Positions 23,656 to 32,000 of a DNA stretch of 32,000 nucleotides are shown one piece after another (position 1 is the first letter of the stretch; each line of letters begins with the position of its first letter). This DNA is from Clostridia bacterium. Lineage in GTDB: Bacteria; Bacillota; Clostridia; TANB77; RGIG9151. The notes under the pieces are model-generated. The model had not been told where the DNA came from, did not search any database, and saw only the letters and a list, made by a program, of their open reading frames with translations. Location of the stretch: assembly GCA_017934955.1 (NCBI GenBank), contig JAGBIO010000025.1:72787-104786 (forward strand), read 5' to 3'. A program made the translations under genes and the position numbers.

Positions 23656-23979
23656 ATGAGTGAAAAAGTTGTGAATTTGACAAACGAAAATTACGGGGAA
23701 TACATTCACGGAGAAACACCGATTGTGGTGGATTTCTGGGCTACTTGGTGCGGACCTTGCCGTATGGTGGGTCCGGTGATTGATTCTTTGGCAGATGAGT
23801 ATGACGGAAAGATGGCAGTTTGTAAAATCAACGTGGATGATATGCCGGATGTTGCGGCGGAATACAAGATTATGAGTATTCCTACCGTAATGGTGATGAA
23901 GAATGGCGAAATTATCGAAAAAGCGGTTGGTGTCAGAACAAAGGAAGAGTATAAGAATATGATTGAAAAAGCGTTATAG
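23656..23979 (+). CDS. trxA: thioredoxin
   Basis: DFWATWCGPC active site, 107 aa. Confidence 0.95.
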   Translation: MSEKVVNLTNENYGEYIHGETPIVVDFWATWCGPCRMVGPVIDSLADEYDGKMAVCKINVDDMPDVAAEYKIMSIPTVMVMKNGEIIEKAVGVRTKEEYKNMIEKAL

Positions 23980-24074
23980 TTGAAAAAGGCAAATTGTAGT
24001 AAGGAAACGGAAATAATAAATACTATGATTTGCCGTTTTTCTTTTAAGAGACAGCATATAAGGAGGTCAGGAAG

Positions 24075-25133
24075 ATGAATGTTGTGATTGCGGCCGGTGG
24101 GACGGCGGGACATATCAATCCGGGGATTGCGATTGCGGATAAGATTCGGGAGAAAAATTCGGATGCGAAGATTCATTTTATCGGTACAGAATACGGATTA
24201 GAAGGTAAACTTGTCGGAAATGCGGGTTATCCGATTCATTACATACATTCGAAGGGACTTTCAAAGAATCCGATAAAATTGTGTAAGTCGATGTACTATA
24301 ACTTTAAGGGTGTCTTTGAGGCAAAGGAGATTTTGAAGAAATTGCATCCGAAAGTTGTTATCGGAATGGGTGGCTATGTTTGCGGTCCGGTTTTGTTTGC
24401 GGCGAAAAAGATGCTGAATCTTCCGGTATTTATTCATGAGAGTAATTCAATTGCGGGAAAAACCAATAAGTTTGTGGGAAATTTTGCAGATGGAATTGCG
24501 GTTGGATTTTCCAAGACAAAGGAGGATTTTACCGGAAAGGCTGTTATTGTGACGGGGAATCCGATTCGGCAGGATTTTATGAATTTAACCCGTCAGTTAA
24601 AAGAAGAAAAGACAGTCCTTATTTTCGGGGGAAGCCAAGGGGCACGTGCGATTAATAATGCCGTGGTGGAACTTTTAAGCAATTATCATGAATTACCGTA
24701 TAAAATTGTATATGCAACAGGAGAGAAGCAGTATGATGCGGTAATAGATGAATTAAAAAGCCGAAATATTTCACTGAATGATAAAATTGAGATAAAACCA
24801 TATATTGATGATATGCCGAAAGAATTGGCGGAAGCGACAATTGCAGTTAGTCGTGCGGGTGCTCTTACGTTAAGCGAATTAGAAGCTTGTGGGGTTCCGG
24901 CAATTTTAATTCCGTTGCCGACAGCAGCGGAAAATCATCAGGAGAAAAATGCAAGGATGTTTGAAGCGGAGGGGAGAGCGAAGGTGATTTTGGAAAGAGA
25001 GTTGACTTCGACGAAATTGAAAATGACGATTGATGAAATGCTAAAGAGCGAGAAATATATGACTTTGAAGGGAATTTCCAATCATGCGTGCGATAGTTTT
25101 TACGAGATGATTGAGGGATATTTGAAGAAATAG
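24075..25133 (+). CDS. murG: UDP-GlcNAc:lipid I GlcNAc transferase MurG
   Basis: AAGGTAGHINPGIAIA N-terminus, GGSQGA, C-terminal AGALTLSELEACGVPAILIP...HQEKNA. Confidence 0.9.
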   Translation: MNVVIAAGGTAGHINPGIAIADKIREKNSDAKIHFIGTEYGLEGKLVGNAGYPIHYIHSKGLSKNPIKLCKSMYYNFKGVFEAKEILKKLHPKVVIGMGGYVCGPVLFAAKKMLNLPVFIHESNSIAGKTNKFVGNFADGIAVGFSKTKEDFTGKAVIVTGNPIRQDFMNLTRQLKEEKTVLIFGGSQGARAINNAVVELLSNYHELPYKIVYATGEKQYDAVIDELKSRNISLNDKIEIKPYIDDMPKELAEATIAVSRAGALTLSELEACGVPAILIPLPTAAENHQEKNARMFEAEGRAKVILERELTSTKLKMTIDEMLKSEKYMTLKGISNHACDSFYEMIEGYLKK

Positions 25134-25141
25134 ATTAAAAG

Positions 25142-25181
25142 AAAAAAGAGCTTAAAGTTTTTTCGCTTTAGGCTCTTTTTT
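25142..25181. terminator. bidirectional intrinsic terminator
   Basis: A6-gagcttaaag-(8 nt)-ctttaggctc-T6, between convergent murG and the holin-like gene. Confidence 0.8.
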
Positions 25182-25202
25182 CTTTTTAAAACACTTCTTT
25201 TA

Positions 25203-25583
25203 TTAAAGTGCTTCGTTTCCGGGAATTAAATAGGTTACGATTCCGTAAACGATAGCACCGATTACTGCAGATAATACAGAAATACTATAACCTGCAACAA
25301 AGAATTGTGTTAAGTATAGTATTAAGGCTGCAGCGACAAAACCTACGATACCGCGACCAAATGGCGATGCTTCTATTCCGAGCAATTTTACGAATAGGTA
25401 GTCCATAATTGTTAATACAATAGCAGCAACAATTAAGGAACCTACACTGCTAATTGAGAATCCCGGTATTAAAAACGCTGTAATCGCAAGAACAACAGCG
25501 GAAGCGATTAAACGGATGATAATTCCGGCAACGTTCCAGTCGGTTGACATGCTTTTACTATTTGATTTTTGTTGATTATCCAT
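25203..25583 (-). CDS. small 4-TM membrane protein (YvlD/phage-holin-4-like)
   Basis: Start at ATG 25583 after AAGGAGGG. Repeated LIPGFSISS / FVAGYSISV half-domains resemble the Phage_holin_4_2 / YvlD family. The assignment is tentative. Confidence 0.55.
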   Translation of the reverse strand: MDNQQKSNSKSMSTDWNVAGIIIRLIASAVVLAITAFLIPGFSISSVGSLIVAAIVLTIMDYLFVKLLGIEASPFGRGIVGFVAAALILYLTQFFVAGYSISVLSAVIGAIVYGIVTYLIPGNEAL

Positions 25584-25722
25584 GATAACCCTCCTTTTTG
25601 TGTTTGATTTTATTTTTAGCACATATTTAATTTTTATACAGTTTTTTTTAAAGATTAGTATGTATTTTAGTAATAAAGGAAAAATTAGTATTAATGATTT
25701 TTGCGTGGAGGGAATTGATTAT

Positions 25723-26406
25723 ATGCTAATTTTGATTTTTCGGGCGATATTTCTGTACCTTTTGGTAATTTTAGTGATGCGAATTATGGGGAAAAGGGAA
25801 ATTGGGCAATTGCAGCCGTATGAATTGGCGATTACGCTTATTATCTCCGAACTTGTGACGTTGCCGATGGAAAATAACGGAGTTCCTTTATTAGCCGGCA
25901 TAATACCGGCTTTTACCATTACGTTGACACAATTACTGCTTTCTTATTTAACGACGAAAAGTCAATGGCTACAGGATTTTATTTCCGGCAGATATACCAT
26001 TATGATAGAAAATGGAAAGTTGATAGAGGGAAACTTGAGAAAACAAAAATATAACATTACCGAATTGTTAGAGCAACTTCGTATGAGTGGCGTGATGAAA
26101 ATACAGGATGTGCAATATGCTATTTTGGAAACGAGCGGACAACTGAGTGTCATTTTAAAAGCACCGAAACAACCGGTTACAGCGGAGCAGATGATGGTAA
26201 ATACCACTTATGAAGGATTACCGATTAACATCATTTTAGACGGAAAGCTTATTCAAGAGAATTTAAGCGGAGCGAAGTTAACACCGGAAAAGGTAAAAGA
26301 GAAGTTAAAAGAGAAAAACTTAACTTTAGAAGAAGTATTTTATGCCAACGTAGATGCGACCGGAGAGTTCTTTATTCAAGAAAGAGAGGAGGAAAAGAAA
26401 AAATGA
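25723..26406 (+). CDS. DUF421 (YetF-like) membrane protein
   Basis: Start at ATG 25723 after GGAGGG. N-terminus IFRAIFLYLLVILVMRIMGKREIGQLQPYELAITLII is the DUF421 signature. Soluble C-terminal YetF-like domain. Confidence 0.8.
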   Translation: MLILIFRAIFLYLLVILVMRIMGKREIGQLQPYELAITLIISELVTLPMENNGVPLLAGIIPAFTITLTQLLLSYLTTKSQWLQDFISGRYTIMIENGKLIEGNLRKQKYNITELLEQLRMSGVMKIQDVQYAILETSGQLSVILKAPKQPVTAEQMMVNTTYEGLPINIILDGKLIQENLSGAKLTPEKVKEKLKEKNLTLEEVFYANVDATGEFFIQEREEEKKK

Positions 26407-26789
26407 AAGGTAGCGTTGTTTTTATGATAGTTGGATTTATTGTTATTATTTCTGTGGGCTGGATTCAGCAAACGTATTTACAAAAAAGTTCGAAAAAATT
26501 GTTGGAATCGGTAAACGCTCTTGAAATTTTGGCAAATCATGATAAAATAAGTGAGGTTGACGGGAAAATCGTAGAATTGACTCGTGAATGGGAAAAAATG
26601 AGTAAAATATGGAAAATACTTGTTTATCATGATGAAATTCAGCCGATCGAGGAAACGTTGGTAGAAGTTTGTGCAGATTTAGGAAAAAAATTAGAAGATT
26701 CGCAAATTTCGTCAAAGTTTGAATTATTAAAGATGTATATTAAGAATGTAAGTGAGAATAATCAATTTATATTAGAAAACATATTGTAA
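26403..26789 (+). CDS. DUF4363-like small membrane-anchored protein
   Basis: ATGA coupling to the DUF421 gene, single N-terminal TM, helical remainder. A DUF421-DUF4363 pairing is recalled as common in clostridia. Confidence 0.6.
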   Translation: MKGSVVFMIVGFIVIISVGWIQQTYLQKSSKKLLESVNALEILANHDKISEVDGKIVELTREWEKMSKIWKILVYHDEIQPIEETLVEVCADLGKKLEDSQISSKFELLKMYIKNVSENNQFILENIL

Positions 26790-26831
26790 ATTTCTTTACT
26801 CTATAGTAAAATTATTAAGGAGAGAATAATT

Positions 26832-27047
26832 ATGAGAGAAGAAATAGAAAGTATGGTAAGCAGGATACTGCGGAGTTCTAATGTAAAGAGATATAGAGAC
26901 AAGATAAGAAGATTGGAAAATGAGCTCACCCAATCTTTAAACAAAAGGGAATTAAGGATTTTTTTGGAATATGAGAGATTAGTGAATGAAGAGTTGTATG
27001 AAATTATATTAATGATTATTCAAATGAAAGAAGATGATTTGGCGTAA
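26832..27047 (+). CDS. hypothetical 71-aa charged helical protein
   Basis: AAGGAG 9 nt upstream. No recognisable family. The 3' end overlaps the convergent XRE gene by 32 nt. Confidence 0.5.
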   Translation: MREEIESMVSRILRSSNVKRYRDKIRRLENELTQSLNKRELRIFLEYERLVNEELYEIILMIIQMKEDDLA

Positions 27048-27258
27048 CATCTAAGGCTTTCGCAATTTCATACAATTCATAATCGGAAACAAATCGCTTT
27101 CCGGATTCAATTCGAGAGATGACGATTCTGTCTATTTTTACTTCATTAATTTCTAATTTCGCGGCAAGTTGGTCTTGTGTAAGCCCTTTTTGTATTCTTA
27201 ATTCTCTTACTTTCTTACCGATAATATTTTTATGTTGGGATTGATTTGTTGTTTTCAT
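27016..27258 (-). CDS. XRE-family helix-turn-helix transcriptional regulator
   Basis: Start at ATG 27258 after GGGAGG. IGKKVRELRIQKGLTQDQLAAKL...ISRIESGKR is an HTH_3 pattern. Confidence 0.85.
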   Translation of the reverse strand: MKTTNQSQHKNIIGKKVRELRIQKGLTQDQLAAKLEINEVKIDRIVISRIESGKRFVSDYELYEIAKALDVTPNHLLSFE

Positions 27259-27600
27259 GCAATAACCTCCCGAAATGTGTAATGTGTAAAAATATAACAA
27301 ATAGACAGTTCTCTGAATATGAATAAAATATATTCCGACTTGATTTTACAAATTATTCTTGTTAAAATGTTGCTAAAGATGAACATTTTATTATTTTTTT
27401 AGAGAATTGGAAAAGATAGTTTCTCTTTCATAAAATACTATAGGGAGTATCCTAACGTAAGTTGTTTAAAAAATATGTTGTGAAAGTATGAAAAGAACGC
27501 ATAGGTTGACATAAAAATAAAGAACAAAGCAAATCGAAAGGTTATAAAGGATAAAAAGTTAGCATTTAGCAAAGAAATGACAAATTTTTGGAGGTGGGAT

Positions 27601-27774
27601 ATGAAGAGAACAATTGACGAAATAGAAAAAGAAATTAATGTATTACGAGCCCAAATGGATAGTATGTTAGATGAGGGAATAAAAGACCATGTTCCTACGC
27701 CGGAAGTGTTGGACATCAGTAGAAAGATTGATGTATTACTGATGGAACATCAAAGGACCATAATGGAATCTTGA
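27601..27774 (+). CDS. Spo0E-family aspartyl-phosphate phosphatase-like protein
   Basis: Start at ATG 27601 after GGAGGTG. 57 aa. IEKEINVLRAQM...EVLDISRKIDVLLMEH matches the Spo0E-like two-helix pattern. Confidence 0.7.
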   Translation: MKRTIDEIEKEINVLRAQMDSMLDEGIKDHVPTPEVLDISRKIDVLLMEHQRTIMES

Positions 27775-27778
27775 AATA

Positions 27779-27820
27779 AAAAGATATTCTGTTGGAAAAA
27801 GACAGAATATCTTTTCATTT
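27779..27820 (+). terminator. intrinsic terminator
   Basis: aagatattctgt-(9 nt)-acagaatatctt followed by a T-rich tract. Confidence 0.8.
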
Positions 27821-27892
27821 TAATGAGCGTTTTGTGAGATTGACGAAGTTTAGAAATTATAGTAGTATATTACAGAAAGGGGACGAGATGAT

Positions 27893-28327
27893 ATGAAGAT
27901 TGCGATTGCAGGTGATCATGGGGGCTTTGAATTAAAAAGAACTTTAAAAAGCTATCTCGTTGAGAATGGACATGAGGTGCAGGATTTTGGGGCTTGTGAA
28001 TTTAACGCGGAGGATGGATTCCCGGATTTTGCCTTACCCTTGGCAAGGGCAGTTGCAAATGGAGATTTCGACAGAGGCGTTTTAGTTTGTGGAAGCGGTG
28101 TGGGAGTTTCGATTGCAGCAAATAAGGTAAAAGGAATTCGTGCGGTAAATTGTAATTCGAAGGAACTTGCGGAACTTTCTCGACTTCACAATAATACGAA
28201 TGTGATTTGTTTTGGTGGAAGATTGATGACGGCAGAGCAAGCAATAGAATATTTGGATATTTGGCTAAATACCGAGTTCTTGGGTGGAAAATATCAAACA
28301 AGAAATGATGTATTGGATAATTTATAG
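27893..28327 (+). CDS. rpiB: ribose-5-phosphate isomerase B (RpiB/LacAB family)
   Basis: MKIAIAGDHGGFELK, VLVCGSGVGVSIAANKVKGIRA. Confidence 0.9.
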   Translation: MKIAIAGDHGGFELKRTLKSYLVENGHEVQDFGACEFNAEDGFPDFALPLARAVANGDFDRGVLVCGSGVGVSIAANKVKGIRAVNCNSKELAELSRLHNNTNVICFGGRLMTAEQAIEYLDIWLNTEFLGGKYQTRNDVLDNL

Positions 28328-28356
28328 AGGAAACTTCTTTACAAAGGAGAAAGAAA

Positions 28357-29442
28357 ATGGATAACTATATTAATTTGATTATGATTTTTACAATTGCTTT
28401 TGTAACCGCTTTTTTTATGACTCCGTTTGTGCGTTCGTTAGCGTTAAAATTGAATGCGATTGATATACCGAAAGATGAGCGGCGCGTTCACCATAAACCG
28501 ATACCAAGACTTGGCGGACTCGCAATTCTTGGCGGCTTTTTAATGGCTTTGGTGTACTATCTTGTAGTGGTTGGCGTAAATGACGAGATGTTTAATTTTA
28601 AGATTTTGGGATTGTTGTTAGGAATTATTGTAATAGAAATCGCGGGCATTTGGGACGATATTAAGCCGATTGGGGCTTGGACAAAGTTAATGTTTCAGAT
28701 TATAGCAGCTGCGATTGTGGTTGGTTTTGGTGTGCGTGTGGAGTTTTTATCTAATCCGTTTGTGGAAAACGGAATTATTGAGTTTAGTACGCCGATATCG
28801 ATTCTGATGTCGATGGTTTGGATTGTGGGAATTACGAATGCAATTAATTTTATTGACGGACTTGATGGCTTAGCGGCGGGAGTTGCGACGATTTCATCCA
28901 TTTCTTTGTTGTTTATTGCAATTTATTTGAATCAAACGCAGACAATTGTACTGACAGCAGCCTTAGCAGGTGCAACAATGGGATTCCTACCCTTTAACTT
29001 TAATCCGGCGAAAATTTTTATGGGTGAGACCGGCTCGGGATTTTTGGGCTTTACCCTTGGAACGATTGCGATTATGGGACTTGTAAAGAATTATACGGCG
29101 ATTGCGATTATCGTTCCGCTGGTTGTGTTGGGATTGCCGATTTTTGATACGGCGTTTGCGATTATTCGAAGAATTTTGCACAAAAAATCGCCGATGGAGG
29201 CAGATCGTGGGCATCTGCATCATCGCTTGGTAGATTCCGGGCTTTCGCAAAAACAATCGGTAATGATTTTATATATTATCAGTGCATTTTTGGGACTTGC
29301 CGGAATTGTGTTGATTGAAACGGGAATTTGGAAGTTTACGTTATTAATTGTTATGATTGTAATATTTATTTTAGCAGGTAGCAGAAGTATGGTAGATATG
29401 GCACATGAAGAAAAAGAGGGAGAGAAAAATGAAAAAAATTAA
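28357..29442 (+). CDS. tagO: glycosyltransferase family 4, undecaprenyl-phosphate GlcNAc-1-phosphate transferase (TagO/WecA-like)
   Basis: MraY/WecA motifs: DDIKPI, NAINFIDGLDGLAAG, FMGETGSGFLGF. About 11 TM. Confidence 0.85.
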   Translation: MDNYINLIMIFTIAFVTAFFMTPFVRSLALKLNAIDIPKDERRVHHKPIPRLGGLAILGGFLMALVYYLVVVGVNDEMFNFKILGLLLGIIVIEIAGIWDDIKPIGAWTKLMFQIIAAAIVVGFGVRVEFLSNPFVENGIIEFSTPISILMSMVWIVGITNAINFIDGLDGLAAGVATISSISLLFIAIYLNQTQTIVLTAALAGATMGFLPFNFNPAKIFMGETGSGFLGFTLGTIAIMGLVKNYTAIAIIVPLVVLGLPIFDTAFAIIRRILHKKSPMEADRGHLHHRLVDSGLSQKQSVMILYIISAFLGLAGIVLIETGIWKFTLLIVMIVIFILAGSRSMVDMAHEEKEGEKNEKN

Positions 29443-30571
29443 GGTAATGACAATCTTTGGAACAAGACCGGAAGCAATTAAGATGGCTCCGCTTGTAAAT
29501 GAATTGAAAAAAGATGACCAGATTGAGACAATTGTTTGCGTAACGGCGCAACATCGTCAGATGTTGGATCAGGTGTTAAGAATTTTTAAGATTACACCGG
29601 ATTATGATTTGAATATTATGAAGGAACGGCAAACGTTGGCGGATATTACTTCTGACGTATTAAGAGGAATCATTAACGTGATTAACGACTGCAAGCCGGA
29701 TATTGTACTGGTACACGGAGACACGACGACGACTTTTGCGGGGGCTTTAGCGGCTTTTTATTCAAAAGTTCGTATCGGTCATGTGGAAGCTGGACTTAGA
29801 ACCTACGATAAGTATTCTCCGTATCCGGAGGAGATGAATCGAAGATTGACGGGAAATTTGGCAGATATTCATTTTTGTCCGACGGAAAATAATAAAAATA
29901 ATTTGCTCAAAGAAAATATTTCGGAAAGTGGTATTTATATTACGGGAAATACGGTAATTGATGCGTTAAAAACAACGGTAAGCAATTCCTATGTATTTCA
30001 AAGTGATGTTTTAAAGAATTTGGATTTTACGAAGAAAGTAATTTTGGTAACGGCGCACAGAAGAGAGAATTTGGGAGAACCGTTAAAGAATATTTTAACA
30101 GCGATTAAGCAGGTTGCGGAAGAATATAAAGAAGTAGAGTTTGTTTATCCGGTGCATTTGAATCCGGCGGTTTCCGGCCCGGCGCAAGAGCTTTTGGGTA
30201 ATTCGGAACGTGTTCATTTGATTGAACCGTTAAATGTGCAGGAATTACATAATTTAATGGATCGTTGTTATATGGTAATGACGGATTCCGGCGGACTTCA
30301 AGAAGAGGCTCCGGCACTTTCAAAACCGGTTTTGGTGTTACGCCAGGAAACCGAACGACCGGAAGCGGTAGAAGCAGGAACGGTTCGAATTGCGGGTACC
30401 GAAACGGAAAAAATCGTAGAAATGACGAAGTTGTTATTAGATAATCAAGAGGAATATGATAAAATGCATAAGGCGGCAAACCCTTATGGAGACGGAAAGG
30501 CGTCGCAGAGAATTATTCAGGCGATTAAGTTTTACTTTGGTGTAGCAGAGGAACCGCCGGTTGAATTTTAA
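29429..30571 (+). CDS. mnaA: UDP-N-acetylglucosamine 2-epimerase (non-hydrolysing)
   Basis: IKVMTIFGTRPEAIKMAP, HVEAGLRT, TDSGGLQEEAP. Start at ATG 29429, overlapping the tagO end by 14 nt. Confidence 0.9.
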   Translation: MKKIKVMTIFGTRPEAIKMAPLVNELKKDDQIETIVCVTAQHRQMLDQVLRIFKITPDYDLNIMKERQTLADITSDVLRGIINVINDCKPDIVLVHGDTTTTFAGALAAFYSKVRIGHVEAGLRTYDKYSPYPEEMNRRLTGNLADIHFCPTENNKNNLLKENISESGIYITGNTVIDALKTTVSNSYVFQSDVLKNLDFTKKVILVTAHRRENLGEPLKNILTAIKQVAEEYKEVEFVYPVHLNPAVSGPAQELLGNSERVHLIEPLNVQELHNLMDRCYMVMTDSGGLQEEAPALSKPVLVLRQETERPEAVEAGTVRIAGTETEKIVEMTKLLLDNQEEYDKMHKAANPYGDGKASQRIIQAIKFYFGVAEEPPVEF

Positions 30572-30629
30572 AAAGTGACATATTTTATCTTTGTTAAAGA
30601 GTATAATGGATGTTGTGGAGGTGTACTCT

Positions 30630-31496
30630 TTGACGATTTATGCGGACCAAATGTTTCTTGAAAACTTTATTATGAATTTTCTGATTCTGTATATGACAGC
30701 AGTGTTTTCAAGAATTGAGTATAAATGGTGTCGAGTGGCGTTAAGTTCCGCTGTTGGAGCTTTATATGTCATCTTCAGTTATGTTTTTTACTTTTATGAT
30801 TTTCAGCGGATTTTGTGGAAAATATTGCTTTCGGTTGTTCTTGTAGTAATCGCCTTTCGTTTAAAACATATAAAGGTTTTTGTCAGAACACTTTTGTGTT
30901 TTTATGCAATTACCTTTTTTATCGGTGGCGTTAGTTTCGGACTTTCGTTTATGTTTAACATATATACCGTTCAAGCAAATGGAATCATTTATGTTTCGGA
31001 TTTTCCGGTTGTGCTTGTGGCCGGGGCAGTATTGCTTTCGATGATGTTGATTCGGTATTTGATGATGTTTTGGAAGAATCGAGCGAATATGGAACAGTTT
31101 ATTTATCCGATTGAGGTTTTTATTGCGGGGCATCAATTTAAGGTAAACGCTTTCTTTGATTCCGGAAATAGTGTAACAGAGCCACTTAGTGATTATCCGG
31201 TGATATTTTTGGAAAAAAGTGTGTTTGAAAAAATTTTACCAACGAATGTGATGGAGGAGATTGAGAGGAAGACTTACTTTATAGAGGATAATACTTGGAA
31301 ACGGAGATTCCGTTTGATTCCGATTTCGACGGTAAATAATGAAAAGTCAATAATGGCTGGATTTAAAAGTGACAAAGCGATTGTTTATCTGCCGGAGGAA
31401 GAAAAGAAATTAGAACATGCAATTTTGGTTTATTGTGAAGGAAGGCTTTCGAAAAACGGGGAGTATGTTGCTTTAATAGGCAGAAAAACTCTTTGA
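30630..31496 (+). CDS. spoIIGA: sigma-E processing peptidase SpoIIGA
   Basis: TTG 30630, 8 nt after GGAGG. N-terminus LTIYADQMFLENFIMNFLIL, five TM, C-terminal aspartic protease motif FFDSGNS. Confidence 0.8.
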   Translation: MTIYADQMFLENFIMNFLILYMTAVFSRIEYKWCRVALSSAVGALYVIFSYVFYFYDFQRILWKILLSVVLVVIAFRLKHIKVFVRTLLCFYAITFFIGGVSFGLSFMFNIYTVQANGIIYVSDFPVVLVAGAVLLSMMLIRYLMMFWKNRANMEQFIYPIEVFIAGHQFKVNAFFDSGNSVTEPLSDYPVIFLEKSVFEKILPTNVMEEIERKTYFIEDNTWKRRFRLIPISTVNNEKSIMAGFKSDKAIVYLPEEEKKLEHAILVYCEGRLSKNGEYVALIGRKTL

Positions 31497-31516
31497 TAAC
31501 TTGGAGGATGAAGCAG

Positions 31517-32000
31517 TTGACGGAGTTGACAGGAGAAGTAGCAGATATTATTTATAAGAATGAAACGTCGGGGTATGTGATTTGTACTCTTTATACGGCA
31601 GAGGATGAAGTGACGGTCGTGGGATTTCTTCCGTATGTTTCCTCGGGGGAAAATATTAGAGTGACCGGAAACTGGGTGAATCATCCGGATTATGGAAGAC
31701 AGTTTAAAGCGGAGACTTTTGAAAAGTTACTTCCGCAGGGAATTCCGGCGATTGAACGATACCTTTCTTCCGGAATTTTAAAGGGAGTTGGTTTGGCTAC
31801 TGCCAGAAAGTTTACTGCGAAATTTGGCTTGGAAACGATTGAAGTGATTCGAAATACGCCTGAGAGATTGGAAGAAGTACGTGGAATTTCTTATGAGAAG
31901 GCAATGTCAATCAGTCAGGCATTAAATGAACAGTGGGATTTGTGGAAGTTAGTTTCTTTCGTAGGAAACTACGGAATCGGAAATAAGAATGCGGTGAAAT
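31517..32000 (+). CDS. recD2: RecD2-like ATP-dependent DNA helicase, N-terminal fragment (runs off the window)
   Basis: TTG 9 nt after GGAGG. The open frame to the window end translates to LTGEVADIIYKNETSGYVICTL...GNWVNHPDYGRQFKAE...LSSGILKGVGLATARKF, the typical RecD2 N-terminal OB/HhH region. Confidence 0.75.
   Translation, partial: MTELTGEVADIIYKNETSGYVICTLYTAEDEVTVVGFLPYVSSGENIRVTGNWVNHPDYGRQFKAETFEKLLPQGIPAIERYLSSGILKGVGLATARKFTAKFGLETIEVIRNTPERLEEVRGISYEKAMSISQALNEQWDLWKLVSFVGNYGIGNKNAVK

Noticed and set aside
23985-24050. A possible trxA terminator or riboswitch-like structure (ggcaaat...atttgcc followed by gttttt).
   Set aside because: The stem is only 7 bp with a ~33-nt loop. No conserved riboswitch motif is recognisable, so the evidence is too weak to call.

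Overview
The window looks like a low-GC Firmicutes (Clostridia-like endospore former) core chromosome segment. All family assignments come from reading motifs by eye; no database search was run. Most of it is ordinary housekeeping and sporulation/germination genes: a gerA-family receptor operon in A-C-B order, yqfC-yqfD, rluD, engB, tadA, a 3D-domain wall protein, rpsP-KH-rimM-trmD-rplS, spoVB, tmk, yaaR-holB-yaaT, a TPR protein, trxA, murG, a DUF421/DUF4363 pair, an XRE regulator, a Spo0E-like phosphatase, rpiB, tagO-like, mnaA/wecB, spoIIGA and the start of recD2. The unusual content is non-coding. (1) About 17 copies of a GTAG-plus-hairpin repeat (gtagGGACAGCATnnATGCTGTCC) sit in almost every intergenic gap. 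They occur as solo hairpins, inverted doublets, and full ~115-170 bp MITEs with terminal inverted repeats. Two of the MITEs have perfect 8-bp target-site duplications. (2) The two largest non-coding gaps (13.49-14.55 kb and 18.23-18.89 kb) hold three unannotated small modules. Each has convergent promoters, a tiny hydrophobic ORF behind a strong SD, and a short antisense or convergent RNA. Two of them share the direct-repeat plus bidirectional-terminator layout of the Enterococcus par/Fst type I toxin-antitoxin locus. In those two, the ORF and the pairing repeat have changed together between the tandem paralogs. These type I TA-like modules embedded in the MITE/REP landscape are the best candidate for something undescribed here. 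Other points worth a look: an asparagine synthetase lacking its N-terminal catalytic Cys, a yqfD C-terminus encoded by a MITE arm, REP units that mimic sigma-A promoters, and a spoIIGA not followed by sigE/sigG.
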